Assembly (NCBI GenBank): GCA_000320545.1
Contig: ADNK01000313.1
Location: forward strand, 186,001-250,000
DNA: 64,000 nt
Source of the DNA: Bigelowiella natans CCMP2755
Lineage: Eukaryota; Protista; Cercozoa
Direction of reading: 5' to 3'
Shown: positions 20,589 to 35,659 of the stretch, in pieces
Numbering within the stretch: the first letter of the stretch is position 1
Layout of the letters: each line of letters starts with the position of its first letter
Position numbers and translations under genes: made by a program
The notes under the pieces: model-generated
The model's database searches: none
The model's input: only the letters and a program-made list of their open reading frames with translations
Told to the model about the DNA's origin: nothing

Positions 20589-21209
20589 TCATTAATGTCC
20601 AAGCTAGCAAACAAGGACAAAATCATGCCTGCTGTAGTGCTGCTGAGCTACTGAGCTACATGCGTCTTCGCATCTGTCACACAGAATTTGTTCGTCGGCG
20701 CGAATTGGCGCGATGGACACACTATACGATTACAATGTTCCCGAACCGTAAGACTATCCTACGCGTACATGACATATGATGACAGTAGACCTTCAGATGT
20801 TGTCTAATAAATCTCAACTATGATGCACATAATATGGTGCATATCACCATGATCTAGTGATGATACGATTGCTGCGCACTTCTAGACTAATGCCAGCGCT
20901 CGAGACATTCTAGCATTCTAGCCTAGCTAGCTAGTAGCATATTATATATTGCTTCAATGCGCTGCATGATGAGTACTCGAGGGCACAAAAATGGTTGCGA
21001 GCACAGCGGCGAGTGAACGGATTTCATGCGGATATCAATGTTATGTGCACACATCTTACATTGGCTAGTAAAATCTAGAAATGCATGTGCGTACAGATTG
21101 GTGTTCTATGACTGTTTCCCTTTGTCATCGTCATCGTTTCCTTTTTTTTCATGACACATTTGGCTATCACCTCCAACCACTACTTCAGAAGTGGCAGAAC
21201 CAACCCCCT

Positions 21210-21460
21210 TTATTGCTCCAAGCCACGATGCCTATTCGGTATCATCATCATATTTGTTTTGTTCTACAAATTGTGTAAGTCAATGTAAGATTCTACCTGA
21301 CGCCGAAGCTCAGGTTTTTTGGGCGTAATCTCCAGTTCTCTGCCATTTGCGAATTAGAGACATTAATATAAGTAGTATCTCATCTCAAAGACAGACAGAG
21401 GACAGGAAGGTTGAGAGAGAGAGAGCGAGAGAGAGGAAACCCCGATGAGTGTCAAGCACC

Positions 21461-21506
<46 letters not shown>

Positions 21507-23739
21507 ATGTGCACTGACCCGAGCCTGAGGAGCACATCGTTGAAGCTTTTGAGATAGAAGTCTTGCTGTGACACACGAATAGCAACGCTATTCACTAAAG
21601 CGAGCACCTGAGTAGGGACAATGAAAAGACAACAAGACAGCGCCAACAAAACGTAGCCATCAAATATATTTATCATCGCCAATCTATGCAACATTACTAC
21701 TTTTCCATGCCAGACTAGAATATGGTACCTCATTGATGGCTGCTTTCCGCTCTTTATTCGTTACATTAAGCTGCAAAACGAATTTTTTTTCCCAAATTAT
21801 GCTTTCAATACTCCGAGGAAACAACAAACAAATCAATGATAACCTCAAAATCATTCTCTCCAGCTAATAGTGCGGCACGATGTGTGAGATCCAATTCCAA
21901 GGCAGACAGCTATCGTTGCAAAACGTTATTTGTGTATGAGGGAATAATCAGCTTTCTTCAATCATTGCATGCATGGTGCGTTAATGATTGCAGAAATCTC
22001 CTCTGACTCCCTACCTTGAGCTTTGTCAGTTTGTCACGTGCTTTAAGCAGATCAGCGAATAGCGGCTTCATTTCTTTCGAAACACCAGCCTCTTCCATGC
22101 ACTATGGAAAAAGAGGAAAGGGCACTATCATAATCCTATTTTATCGTCAAAATCACCGGTGGGAATGGATTTTCTTAATCGTATTGAAAACGTTCATCGA
22201 TGCTAGCTTGCTTCTCTTCTGGCTGCCAATTCGTATAGTACCTTTGAGTCCCCGACTACGAATCCAGCAACACCTTTTGTTGGAATATTAGGAGGATATC
22301 ATCACTCTAATGTTGATTGATGTGATGTATATGATGGTGTGATATTATTATTGTTTGTCGACACTATTGCTTTTGTAATTCTAATTCTTTTACTTGCAAA
22401 TTGCTCATTCTACATACCTACCGACCCACCTTGAGATCTTAGTAGTGTTTGCACGAGGGTGAGAGATGGTATTCCCAAGTATAAATACGGCGAAAACTCT
22501 TCTAGATCTTCCTAATAAATAATTACATTGATTCGTTAGTTCGTATGGCTAAAGACTCGCCTACTTAATCCACCGCAGAATATACATTTATGGTTATACA
22601 CTGTAGAATCAATCGATCGCAACGAATTACCTGCGGCAAAAGTCCGATTTCCATTGCGTATTTGCCCAGGTAATACGCTCTGCAGTGTGAAGAAGGATGA
22701 TTGAATGACTACATTATGAGCTGATGAGACAAAGAAGCACACACTGTGGAAGTAAGTAGTACATCATAGGTGGTACCACCACTAGCATCTCTCAAGGAAC
22801 TCTCCCCCATGCTGCCTCTACATAGGTAGTAACACCTCTCAAGGAACGCTCCCCATGCCTCTGCCATACTTGCCTTTTCCCGCGAAGATGTACTTTTCGC
22901 GTCTTTTGCGAAACGAATCTTACCTTTATAAGTGCAGCAGGTTCAGATAGGAGCAAGCCATCGCCCCTCTACTATTCCTCTCCTCCGATTCCTTCCCCCC
23001 CCTCCCCAAGGGCCCCAGTCAGCTGTAGTAGCACCACCTTCTTTTGGATCTTTCGAGTATTGTACGATGTTTTTCATCGTCTGCCTTTTCCATTTTACAT
23101 ATTCCTCTCGGTTGCTGAGTAGCCCTGATGATTGAGCTGGAGGAGGACTACTACCGAATATCCTTCGCAATTCCTCAAAATCAGCTTCGATCTGTCAACA
23201 ATGATATCAGCTAAAATTCAAATGAATAGATCATTTACAGAAACTGAAACTTCAAAAATTACATGTTTAATGCCACCACAAACATGCGTGACATGATATT
23301 CAACCCAAACAAATCCAAAGATACTGGTTTAGGAGGCAGAAAGATGACGCGCGCACACACACACACACCTGCACTTGTGTTTCATGGCCATTTACTTTAA
23401 AATGATGAATTTCGGAGATTGCAGCAGGTAATATATTTTTATCTAATAGGATAAGTAAGATTTACTTGCTGAGATGTGGAAGCTTTCGCCACGATCGAAT
23501 GATGTTCGTCAAGCAATACGATGCGAAAAGGCTGTGGATCACTCTCCCTGACGTCAATATTCGCCATTGTTTCACGTATATTTCTATCAGACATTCGACG
23601 AAAAGATGTCCAACGGATGGATGGATGACTCTAGGGAGTTTGTAAATGAAAATAGTTATTTGCTTACATCCTTCTGTATTCAATTATATAAATGTTTACA
23701 TGTATACTTATAGGTTATTGCATTTTCGGTCCCGACCAT
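21210..23739 (-). CDS. Hypothetical protein resembling the C-terminal domain of the plant At3g27390-like family; 5' exons uncertain
   Basis: Spliced 3' exons: AYYLGKYAMEIGLLPQ|EDLEEFSPYLYLGIPSLTLVQTLLRSQ|GVAGF..|CMEEAGVSKEMKPLFADLLKARDKLTKLK|LSALELD..|..ERKAAINE|VLALVNSVAIRVSQQDFYLKSFNDVL. The family call is from recalled motif similarity. Confidence 0.55.
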
Positions 23740-24630
23740 AATTTGTTGACACTTTGGACGACGAAATTTAACAGCCGGGACACTTCATGAACCTGGAATA
23801 GCACCAACAATTCTCTTTTTAGGGGGGAAAAAAGTGAAATCGAACACCATCATTCTCCACGAGCCGCCAAATACCTTCCTCCTTTGCGCGACGAAGCACG
23901 GATGCCGTCTAAACACGCGCCAGAATGTCTGCGGTCACGACATGTGATTAGGAATATGTGCTTTCAAATACTGGTTAGAGTTTGGAGGAAAGAGATCAAT
24001 TGACCTTCCCTCCTGGATCATAGGCAGCGGTTTTGTAAGCGCTGACAATTGGCATCCTTTGTTTTAATGGGAGACCCGCTGCTCATGCAAGTGTTGATGT
24101 AGAATGTAGAAGGAAGAGGAGAGAATAATAGATCTAGAACGCATGATATTTTATCGCTACGACATCCCCTACTAGCTCGTTTTTAGATTGTACTTTGGTG
24201 TTTCTACAAGGAGAAACATCGATTACGACAGCAGGTTTACCTCGCTTTTCGCAAAATCCGATATTTTAGATTCCCGTATGGTTCGTGCAGAGATGATCAT
24301 CATTGGATACGACGACGCTTTTGGTAAGGATCTGTATGGGTAGTGCCAGATATTCAATGGGGATAAGTCGTAGATATTCATGGTCTCACTAGCGACAAGA
24401 ATAAATAACAATTTATCTATGTGAATTGCCTGGAAATGGAGCAAAGATATCTTTGAGACAGGCGCTGGAGAGTTCTTCGAGATGCAATGCTACAGGAGTA
24501 CCAACCGAGATTGCATCACGAACAGTTTTTAGCTTTTTAGCGGACGACAAAGATAAACAGCAGCAGCTCCCCCTGAAGATTTTGCGTCCATCGAAGAAGA
24601 AGAAGGCCAAGGAAAAAGAAGGGGGGAAAG

Positions 24631-27600
24631 ATGCTGGACCAGCCAAAACCTCACCAAATATTTGTCCATGTGATTGAGGGTCGTGGCATTGATGCTATAG
24701 AGAAGAAAGGTCTAAGTGATGTGCAGTGTAAAATTACAATCGGACCGACATTGCGTCTCAGGAAGCAAACATGTACGAAGTTCCAGACCGCAAATTCAGT
24801 TTGGAATGAGAAGTTTGTATTTGAAAATGTGATGCTAACTGATTCTCAATGGGAAACCGAGAAGATAGCCTTGACTGTAGTCGACCGGAACGATTTTACT
24901 CCGAATGCAATGGTTGGAACTGTGGAGTTTTCTTTGACTAATATCTACAGACAAACAAATCACGAGTATTATCGAAAATGGACCCCTATTGTGAGGCCCG
25001 ATGAACCTGGGAAAGACCACGGGTGCATGCAAGTTAGTGTGTATGTTTTGAAAAGGGGGGATGCAACGCCAGTTCATGGAGATACGGAATATGAACTTAT
25101 GGCTGATAAGGACCCAGTACTGAGAGCTCCCGTGGATCTCAAGGGTTCAATGTATGTTCTAAATGTTCTTCTTTACAGAGCTGAGGGACTTCTTCCTACA
25201 CACAAAAAAGCTTTGAATCCATTTGTATCGGTACGGTTTAATGGCGCTACGATGCAGACGAAGCGCATGGCAAACATACGAAATCCGATATGGAATCGTA
25301 AGATTGTTATGCCGTTCCAGCTTCCACTTCACAGTGATTCAATTGAGATACAGATCTGGAATGACAATTCGATGACCCCAGACACGCTTATTGGACAAAG
25401 AACTTTCTCCTTTCACGGAGAGCGGCTGCGTAATCGTCCTTTTGGCCCTGCATGGATTAATCTCTACAGGTAACTTTGATTCTTCGCTATTTTTTGATGT
25501 TTCGTGTGCTTAATATGTTATCATTGCTTTTGGCACAAATCCGAAAGATCTTACTCATCAGAGAACATTGTGTCATAACATCCGAGATACCTCTTTGTCA
25601 ATATCTGAGGTTATTATTCTCTGTTTTTCAGCTCACACTACGTCCCACCGAAAACCACGTTTCTGGGAAGATTGATAGACATCATGGACACTGCTCAGTA
25701 CATTGGAGAAGACGAGTTTGTCGGTCGTTTGCTCGCACGCATAAGCGTGAGAAGGGTCAATGCTGCACTTAACCCCCGCCTTCGTTGCGTTCCTTGCGCA
25801 CCTGCTGTTGAACCTAAAGGTGTCGAGTATGTTCTCGATTTCTATGTTTACCGTGGATCTGAGATTCCTGTGCAAGGGGGTAAAGTATTCATAGAGATCG
25901 TGTTCGGATCTAATAGAAAGGATACTGTAGAGCTCATTGCGGCAAACGCAGGCGAGTATCAATGGAATCAGGTGTTTCAGAATATCACCGCTTTTGGCCC
26001 CCAGGACCTTGATGAGGTACACGATGTTATCATCAACGTCTATCACAAAGTTGGCTTTGTGTCTCGGAAAATTGCTTTCGAGCGTATCCCTGTTTCGAAA
26101 CTCGTTAAGGACAAGGCAAAAGTAAGCTATTGCATCGACGGGAAACCCTTTAAAGGACTGCAAATGCAACCTCCTCGCTGGCGATCGCTCACAAATATTA
26201 CGTACGACGAGAAAAACCCGCACATCATCGCTGGATTTCTGCTCTGTAATATAGGTTTTGGACGTAAGCACCAGCGTCCATCAACATTGCCTGAAAAGAT
26301 TCAGAAATCTGTTGTAAAGAGATACGTTCTCAGGGTTTACGTACTCCAGGCTGTTAATCTACCTGCGGCATCTGATGATGGCTCTATCCTTCCATTTATG
26401 GTGGTGCGTTTTGCTGGAAGACACAAGCTGATCGATGGCCCGAAATTAGGGACGAAGTACCCCTATTTCTTCAAAATGATTGAGATTGAAGAAAACTTGG
26501 ATCCTGACCAGGTTCCTAGTGTCAATCTGATGGTATATCATAAGACATCAACAGGAGGCCAGAATCTTGTAGGTCGTTGCGAGATCTTATCAGGTGATAT
26601 CCTACCTCCCAAAGAACTAGCAAAGGCCAAGTTTGCTCGAACACAGCAACCTGTAATCACGAAGTATCCGTTGCAAGTTGTCAACGTCCTTGGAAAAAGA
26701 AGCAGCAGCAGCTCAAATAAGGGTACTGATCCCACATTGACTCCTTGCATCGTGGCGCAGGTCCAGTTGGTAGAAAAAAGAATATTGCCAAAGCTTATTT
26801 CTGGTTGGAAGAAGACCCCCGACGGAGCCGAATTTCCTGAGCCATTCCGTTTGAGCATGCCAAAAGAAATTGATTCTACGCCGTGCATGGTGTCTCCGTA
26901 CATGCTCAACGTGAAATGTGTTGGCGTAAGAGGGCTTAAGGGTACTGGTTACGAAAACATGGCTCGTCCTAACTTAAGATTCAGTCTCCCACCTGATTTT
27001 GTTAAACAAAAAAGTCCAATAGAGTGCAAATTTGATAACCTTAAAGTTGATGGAGGCGGGCATGCGGATATAATGCTTACGCATTTGTTCCAAAATCTTC
27101 CCATTCCTATGTATTCTCTTGCTACGACTCCACTGGTTATTGGTTTGTATGATGGAGACACTTTAGTCGCTAGTTGCTACGTGCCTTTATCTCACTTTGC
27201 TGGCAACAGAAAGACGTGGGATGCTCCTACGTATAACCCAAAATACGACAAGAGAACAGGCCGACCCCGCAAGTACAAATCGGTGGCCGCTGCTATGGAA
27301 GAGGCCAGAGCTGACGAAATATATCACTTGAGACAAAAAAAGGCAGCGGAAATGGCTGCAGAAGAAGAAGAAGGAGAAGACGACGAAGATGGGAAAAATG
27401 TTCAAGGGAGTAATTCCAAGAAAAAAAAGAGACATAGAATTGAACAAACTCTCAATTTGGAAGAGGATGATTGCAATTCTTTCGTACGAGTAGAAGCTGG
27501 TGATGGAAAATTAAAAGAATTCGATGAAGGTGAAATTAAGGACGACGACAACCTTCCTGTCGTAGCAAATGAGATGGAGGAAAAGCCATCATTTCTTGAG

Positions 27601-27832
27601 AATGAGGATCCCTTCCATCATATATTCCACTTATATCGTGGCAAAGAAGTGGGTATAAGTAGCTCCAAGGTTAAAGAATCGATGCTCAGGGGTGATAGCA
27701 AGCATCAGACCTGCCAGGTGACAATAAAAATAAATGTTGTTGAGCATATCGCTCAATACACGAATATAGTAAAGTATAAGTTCGTTAAAAGGTTCAAAAC
27801 AATTTAGGAAGCTGCTCAGGAAAACATTGCGC

Positions 27833-27863
<31 letters not shown>

Positions 27864-30183
27864 ATCATCATCATCATCTTTGCTTGTCTACATCATGGCA
27901 AATAGTAGTAGCGTGACGAAGTGGGTTGTTTGTTCTTCTTTCCTGAGATCGCCTTGATATCATTGGTATTGGTATTGTAATTGCTATTGTTCTTATAGGA
28001 TCTCATGTATTGATATTGTGATTGTTATTGTTATTATAGGATCTCATATGCAAAGTAAAAGCCTATGTGCAGATAGTACCAGAAAGCGAAGGAAAACAAG
28101 GGGCGAGGAGTAGAATGGCTTTAATCAGCCATGACCATCTGGCGCCATACCGAGAGCTTTCTCAAGAGTAGGAGGATGTAGATAGTAGTGTGATAGTATT
28201 ATTCTCATAATTATTCGGTTGATGTGAGTGATACTAAACATGGATCTTCTTCTTCTTCTTCTTCTTCTTCTTCCTCTTCCTTCATGATTGAACAGATACA
28301 TTACTCGAATCTATGTGTACCGAGCATTTAATCTTTCTCCAAGGATGCATTTGGGCAATCTCACCTGCAATCCATATCTCAAAATATCGAATGGACAGGT
28401 ATTATTACATTGTTGTTCTTGTTGTGTGTTGTAAATTAACGAGAAAAGGAACGAACTTCACTCAGGGAAGAACACAACGAATAGACCTATGTAGCTGATA
28501 GAATATATCAATAATGCCTTCTTCATTTTGAGCTCTTAATATTGATCTGCGTTTGTAATGATGCCTACTACTACTACTCAGGATGATCTCAACCAATTTA
28601 GCAACGAAAAGAATGCAGCGGAGAACGACTTGAATCCCTTGTTTTTCCAGGTGAATGAATGATGTTATAATACTATATTGTAGTATCACCTCCTCCTATT
28701 GCCTTCTTCAAGTCAATCATATTATCGTTCAGTCTCCTCCTATAGTCATCGTCTTCGTCTCCTCCTCCATTCTCATTACCTCACTTGCCTTATGGTAAAA
28801 TTGTTTAGGTCATTGAATTGACAACTGAGTTCCCCGCTAATGGCAGCCTTGATATCGAAGTAAGGAGCAGTATGGATATGATGCACATATCTATCTATCT
28901 AATTTCGTAAAGAACAATATTCAAAGGAGGAATCCTTTTCAACAGTGATGAGTAGTATACGCTGTAGCAGTAGCAAGTCAGTTTTTGTCAACTACCATTT
29001 TAATTTACTTATCAGTGAAATTGGTAGGGAATACAATAGTGTATATTGTGGGAATGCATTATCATCATCATCATCATCATCATCAATCATTATCTTCCTT
29101 TTCTGTTGTCCTGTCAGTTTATTATTATGTTTACTTCTAGCACTACTACCATCCCCTTCACTAATTTGTCTGCTCTCCTCACAATATAAATAGTATTATT
29201 AAAATAATGCTGATAGCGATAATAACACTAATAATAACATTAATAATAGGTGTGGGATAGTGATACCCTTGGGCAAGATGTGATGGTAGGATCTACTACT
29301 GTTGATATCGAGCAAAGAGTCATCAACAAGATGGCCAGAGGGGTACTATTACTCCTCCTACTACTCCTACTACTCCTCCTGCTGGAGCATAATACGGATT
29401 TATGATGCATTTCAGTATTACGAGTTTATGCTCGTGCATGCGTGCATGCGTGCATGCGTGCGTGTGTGGTGGTGACTGCAAAGTATGGAGTGCTACACAC
29501 TACCATGATGAAAGAGGATGATGGTAGTTGGTTGGTACTAAGGCCCAGTTAGTGACTAACTGTTGCTTCTTTGTTCTCTTTCTTTCTTCTTCAAGGAAAA
29601 GGAATACCGTCGACTCCTTAACTCAACAATGTCCACCTCGCAGGGTCTTATCCTTGTCAAGGTAGTAACTAACTAACTAAGTAGTACTGCTTGTTAATTA
29701 GAACTACAAGAAGAAGAAGAAGAAGAAGAGGAAGAGAAGCGTAGTAGTACTAGCAGGGAACAAACAACATATCTTAGATTATAGTACTCGCCAAATTAGG
29801 ACAAGTAGTGCGTATGATTAAATCCCCCAAAACGCATGTTTTGTTTCATTCTTTGTTTCTGGTCAGTATTCACTGTTGTCTCTAATTCTTGAAAATCATT
29901 TTAGTTTAATAATTTCCTCTCTCCTCCCCCCCCCCCCCCCTCTCTCTCTGTATCTGTGTCTCTCCGTTTCTCTCTCATAATAAAGATCGACGTACTAACA
30001 GCAGAGCAAGCACGGCAGATCAAAGCCGACACTTTGTCACCTCCACAGTTCCTTGACTATCAACTCAGGTTGATTCTGTGGAGCACATATGCTGTTAAGT
30101 TTCCACAGCTTGAAAATCGAGGCCTAGATGTCGACCAGAAACTCATCGTGACAGCAAACTTTGATGGGGAAAAAGGACAGGTA

Positions 30184-30221
<38 letters not shown>

Positions 30222-30363
30222 TCTTGTAGAAGAAGAAGTAAAGTAGTTGTAGTAGTAGTAGTGGTAGTAGTAGTAGTAGGGTGAATAATGTGAATGACGA
30301 TGATGGTGAGGATGATGATGATGATGATGATGAGGATGCTAACGACGAAATCACAGATTGCAC

Positions 30364-30403
<40 letters not shown>

Positions 30404-31533
30404 CTAACACTGATATCATCTACTGTGTTCTTACTTTGTGTTTGGTTGGTTGTTATTCTTGATTGATTGATTGATTGATTGATTGATGTTCGTGTGCTCT
30501 CAGGATATTGTCAAGAACACAGACGTAGCTTGGTATGCCGCAGAAGGGTGTGCGGATTGGAACTGGCGGATGATATTCAATCTCAAGCTTCCTTGCAAGA
30601 ACCCTAGATTGCGTATTGCGGTTTGGGATGAGAATCTGCTTGATAGAAACGAGGCACTGGGAGAAGTCATTCTAAATCTCTCCCCTTTCTTCAAAAAGTG
30701 CTTGCTGGAAAAAACGTAATTTCCTCTCGCCACAATTAGCAAAGGAAAAACCATGAGAGATAGAGAGGGAGAGGGAGAGGGATTGCATTTGTTTGCATTT
30801 CTGATCATGAATCAAGTAGCAGTCATAATCTCGAAGTCGCCCATTCTTTGTTTTCTCTTTTCTCTCTTCTTACCAGGCCGAAAACAAAAGACCAACGCAG
30901 ACTAGTGTCGTTTGAGCACTCAAGATATCGATCCGTGGGCATTGGCACCTTGAAACTGGAGATGCAAATGTTGACAAAGGCGTACGCAGAGGAGAATCCA
31001 GCCGGTTAGTTCTTGTCCACTACTACTATTTATACTCTTTGAGATGATTAATCTGAGCCAGTTTGATCATCATGATCATCATGATCATCTTCATCATGCG
31101 AACAATGATAATAATAATAATAATAATAATTTTGGTTGTGTATTATATTGCATTGTATTGATATTGTATCCATACGAATGAATAGGGGAAGCGCAAAACG
31201 AACCGAATGTGGATCCATTCCTTCCAAACCCGAAGAGAAACAGCCCTCCATGGTAATTAATAATCGTGATGTATGCAGCTCAAGTCGACAATCTTTCCTT
31301 TTGTATGACATGTTACATCCGCGAGGTTCTGATCACAAATTTTGTTATGTTATCATCATCATCATCATCATCATCAGCATTATCATCATCGCTATAATAA
31401 TCATAGGGCCGTCGGAAGCCGTGCTTTGGATTGGCTTGCAAACCGAAGAGCCCTTGTTATATGCATCGCCGCAACTGTTATTGTTGGAGCACTATTTATT
31501 CCAGTGCTCTACGTAGCTTTTGCCAGTCAATAA
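24631..31533 (+). CDS. Ferlin (type II, otoferlin/Fer1L-like, no DysF seen): tandem C2 domains, FerI, C-terminal TM anchor
   Basis: C2 domains (IFVHVIEGR...VWNEKFVF; VLLYRAEGL...NPIWN), FerI-like HEYYRKW...CMQVSVYVLKRGD, FGPAWINLY, NTDVAWYAAEGCADWNWRMIF, NPAGEAQNEPNVDPFLPNP, and terminal TM ALVICIAATVIVGALFIPVLYVAF. Confidence 0.92.
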
Positions 31534-32296
31534 TTGTTAGATGAGAAATTGTGGAGATAGTAGAAGCAAAAGTTGATAAACAACATCCGCATGTAGTTAA
31601 ACATCCACATGTACTTAACACGACGAGTGTTTGTTTTTCCTTCAGTGTTTCTGCATGTTGAAACCATCGTCGATTGACCGTCAAATATTATGCCAGTGCG
31701 AACCGTTACAGTGCAATAACTACTAGAATTAAATCATAGGCGTATGTTCTCAGCTTGTCGCTTTAGTCATTTTCGCATCAGCTACTAGTAGCTAACAATC
31801 AACGAAGACCACACGCATTTGTATGCATGTGCTATAAAACAAAATACGACATTATGCGCAGCATGGAGTTCACTGCAGTAACTAACTGATGGTGCTTCGA
31901 TTCGGTGTACATGTGTAGTAATGGCTCAATAATGCGAGCTGCATGATGCAATAATGCGTGTGAAATCTCAATCAGCGGTTATTCCAAATTTCATGTGCGC
32001 TCGCTTGTAATAACACGGCATACGTCAGGTCGTGAAGCTGCTTGGTCGAACTGCATGTATTTATGCAAATAAGTAATAAAAACTGCAACTACCCTACGTA
32101 CATGCAGCGTTTATTTTCTGATTTTGGACACCACCGCTTCACAGAGTAGCGCTATCGTGCTATGATACGGATTCGGTACGCAACGTAACCTGCAATTTTT
32201 CAGCGCATGCAGCATATAGATAAGCAGCTAGGCGAACACTCGCATAGTAGTTGAAATACAATTCGGTATCACAATGCAAATAACAAGAGGCGAAGA

Positions 32297-33318
32297 CTAA
32301 AAAATGACGCACAGCAACGCAAATCGATGATGTGTGTATGAGAGCATCTTCTTCGATCCTATAACACAATCGCTTGCGGGTGGCCATCCCATGATTATCA
32401 TGCCTTTACTTTTTTGACTTAGAAACAGTTGCTGCAAAACCTATCAAGGTCAATTATGTGATGACAAGACATAAAATATGAAAATGTTGCGAATCATTAA
32501 GAATATAAAACCTTGGCATTCTTCGCCGCACTCAAATTGAGCGATATCCTCAGAATATCTACAAATACGAATATGCAAGGAGAACCAACAAGAAGCAAAA
32601 CAATAAAATCTAATTCTCGACAAAGAGACAACTATTGTTTGTTAGAGTGGGTGTTAACATCCATTGAAATACAAATAATACACACCACCTGACGAACGAG
32701 ATAGGTCCACTATATTCCATGATATCCCGAACCTAAGCATTCGCATAGATTCATTACCTTTCATGTCATGTACGACAACATTTTTTATTATGTATCAATC
32801 TTAAATGATGTATTCTTCAGTACCGCGCTCATCTCAGCCTCAAGATACCACGTTTGATTCACAAACTCAACATCCTAACCACCGAATATTAAAGGAGAAC
32901 GTCGTTCAGATATATGATTAGTGCTGCAACGTAAATGATCCTGCATTCAAAAGAGATGATTAAACAAATTGGCACTGCTGTCTTGTTGTTGTTTGTTATT
33001 TATCAATTAATTAGAAGCAACCTGGCATGCTGTGCTATCATGCCACTTTTCGGTTGAAACAGGATGAAACCCTCCAGACATGAAAGTAGCCCATAACAGC
33101 TCTGACCACAGAAGTGATGCCCAACTCTTGCCAAATCTCTGGAAGATGATTCAATCAATGGATGGATCAGTGAATCAATCAAACAACGAACAACAACAGC
33201 AGCAAGCAGGCAGTGTGGCTATTGATTTATCCGATTCCTTAGGTGATTTTTCTCGTTTTAATTTTTCTCTCTCGCGAGCTCACTCGCTTCCCCCCCCGAC
33301 CACAAAGCACACACAGAC

Positions 33319-33357
<39 letters not shown>

Positions 33358-33526
33358 GTGTGTGTGTGTGTGTGTGTGCGTGTGAAGTAAATGATAATAG
33401 GGTTGTTGTTGTTGTTGTTGTTGTTGTTGTTCCGATGAACAAGCAACCACCAAGCACCAAGCACAGATAGATCACCTGCATGCCCATCCTATGGTGCTCA
33501 AGGTGTATATGTGATGTCCCTAACAC

Positions 33527-33558
<32 letters not shown>

Positions 33559-34543
33559 TAGTAGTAGTTGTGACTTATGATGCCATTAGTGTTATCATTG
33601 CTCTCCTAAGCTCGAAACAAACGGCGGAAAAGAAACGAAGGCAACAGTTTTCGATAACATGTATTGGTATCAAGATGTTTTTAGCTTTATTGCGCGTCCC
33701 ATATTGTAGAATATTTTGTCAGGATAATAACCTTTAAGCAATGTTTCCGAACGATTTTTATGGAAAATATGACCGAACATTCCATACCTTTTTGACAATA
33801 ATAGTGAGTAAGAAACTCCTCTCTTGATAAAATCCATTATGGTTTTAAATTGTAAAATATTGAGAGGTACAAATCAGCACTTCTTTTGTAACTACTACTT
33901 TGTTCTCTTACTACTGAGTGATCCTCCTACACATCTACTACACTATATTACTAAATTAAATGCACTAGTACTCGCTTGCTTCGATGTTGACTTTTATAGC
34001 ATTGAACGAGTCGATTCCTACATAGACACGTCATACATAATGATTGCTATAATATCCATGCTTCTTCATGTGTTGATTTTCAATGACGGAGAGAGCATAG
34101 TGATGTATGGTAGGCACTGCTGACATGATACATTGATTAGTAGTGATGTATGGTAGGCACTGCTGACATGATACATTGATTAGTAGTGATGTATGGTAGG
34201 CACTGCTGACATGATACATTGATTAGTAGTGATGTATGGTAGGCACTGCTGACATGATATATTGATTAGTAGTGATGTATGGTAGGCACTGCTGACATGA
34301 TACATTGATACCCGAGGAAGAAAGATGATGATGGTGCAATATAGATGTTATAAACAACCATAATTTTCCTTGCAGTCATCCAGAAGCTGAGAGAACGTCA
34401 CAAATTTATTATCAAATCCCTTTGGCACGTCTCCTAAAATACAGCAGCGAAACCAATGTTGTAAGATAACTGATACCGCTATCTAAAATCCGGGGGCTGT
34501 CTCCGTCTGCAATATATTACACACACACACACACATACACACA

Positions 34544-34626
<83 letters not shown>

Positions 34627-35624
34627 GTATTTATTTACACAAATAATTTTGAATATGAATAAAAATAATAAGTATAAGAATGAATATTGACCCCTGAGAT
34701 CGCCCGTTAGACAATTCTCCTTAAAAATAAACTTTTCCTCTTTCCATCTTATAGAAGTATGGATTGCAATCAGATGTGCATATTTGACGTAAGAATAGCA
34801 AATAGACTCTGCAAACGAATGAAAATTGATATAAGATCTAGAAGTCAGCAGACTGTTAAGTCGTCAAACAAGAAAGAGGAAAAAACTGATAACAGTTAAT
34901 CAATAAAAGAGCTCATCATCGTTTATGCTGACTTTTGCTCGATGAGCAACAGCTTTGAATATTAGTACTACCCTGTGGATCTTGCTACTTCTTCCTGATT
35001 CATAAAGCAATCAGCTGTAACGATGCGAGCATTGGGAACCCACGTGTATCTGATAAGATGATTGTCATGCACACAATAACGACGGTGTGATGATGGCGGA
35101 ATAGTAATTGTAAACACTTGCATATCAACTGTTTCTTATAAGTTATAAATACGTGCAACAAAGAGAATGATGAAGTGGCGATCGATAGTAATAATCCCTC
35201 TCCCTATCTTTCCTTCCTATCACTCTCTTTCCTTACATGATACTCTCGTAGACATAGTCGTAACCACTTCCACCACTGAAAAAGTGCCTACAAACAGGAT
35301 GTTCAGCACATACTAAGCACACACACCGCAATATTACTATTATTATTTTACAGCTTGTACTTCTGTGTGTGCTTAGTGTTAATATATAATTCTACGGCGA
35401 GAAGATAGATAATGATAAGGTTTATGATAATAGTGCTGCAATGAATGTTGATAGTACTGAGGGGTTGCGCTCTGGAAGTATTCGCTGTTACACCTGACAT
35501 CGTACGAAGAGAGCGGTATGTATGTATGTAGGGGCACGGTTTCTCACGATTTGACTATGTTGAAGCAAAATACTATTCGCACCTACTTATTTTATCTAAA
35601 CCACCACCATCATCATCACTTTAT

Positions 35625-35659
<35 letters not shown>

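Noticed and set aside
22860-22930. GC-AG intron donor (AAG|gcaagt) in the minus-strand gene
   Set aside because: The exon phase could not be resolved, and a canonical gtaaga donor lies nearby.
25633-26909. Minus-strand ORFs of 212 and 123 aa
   Set aside because: Shadow ORFs of the long ferlin exon.
34098-34309. CRISPR-like array
   Set aside because: Units are head-to-tail with no unique spacers, there are no cas genes, and the context is a eukaryotic intron.
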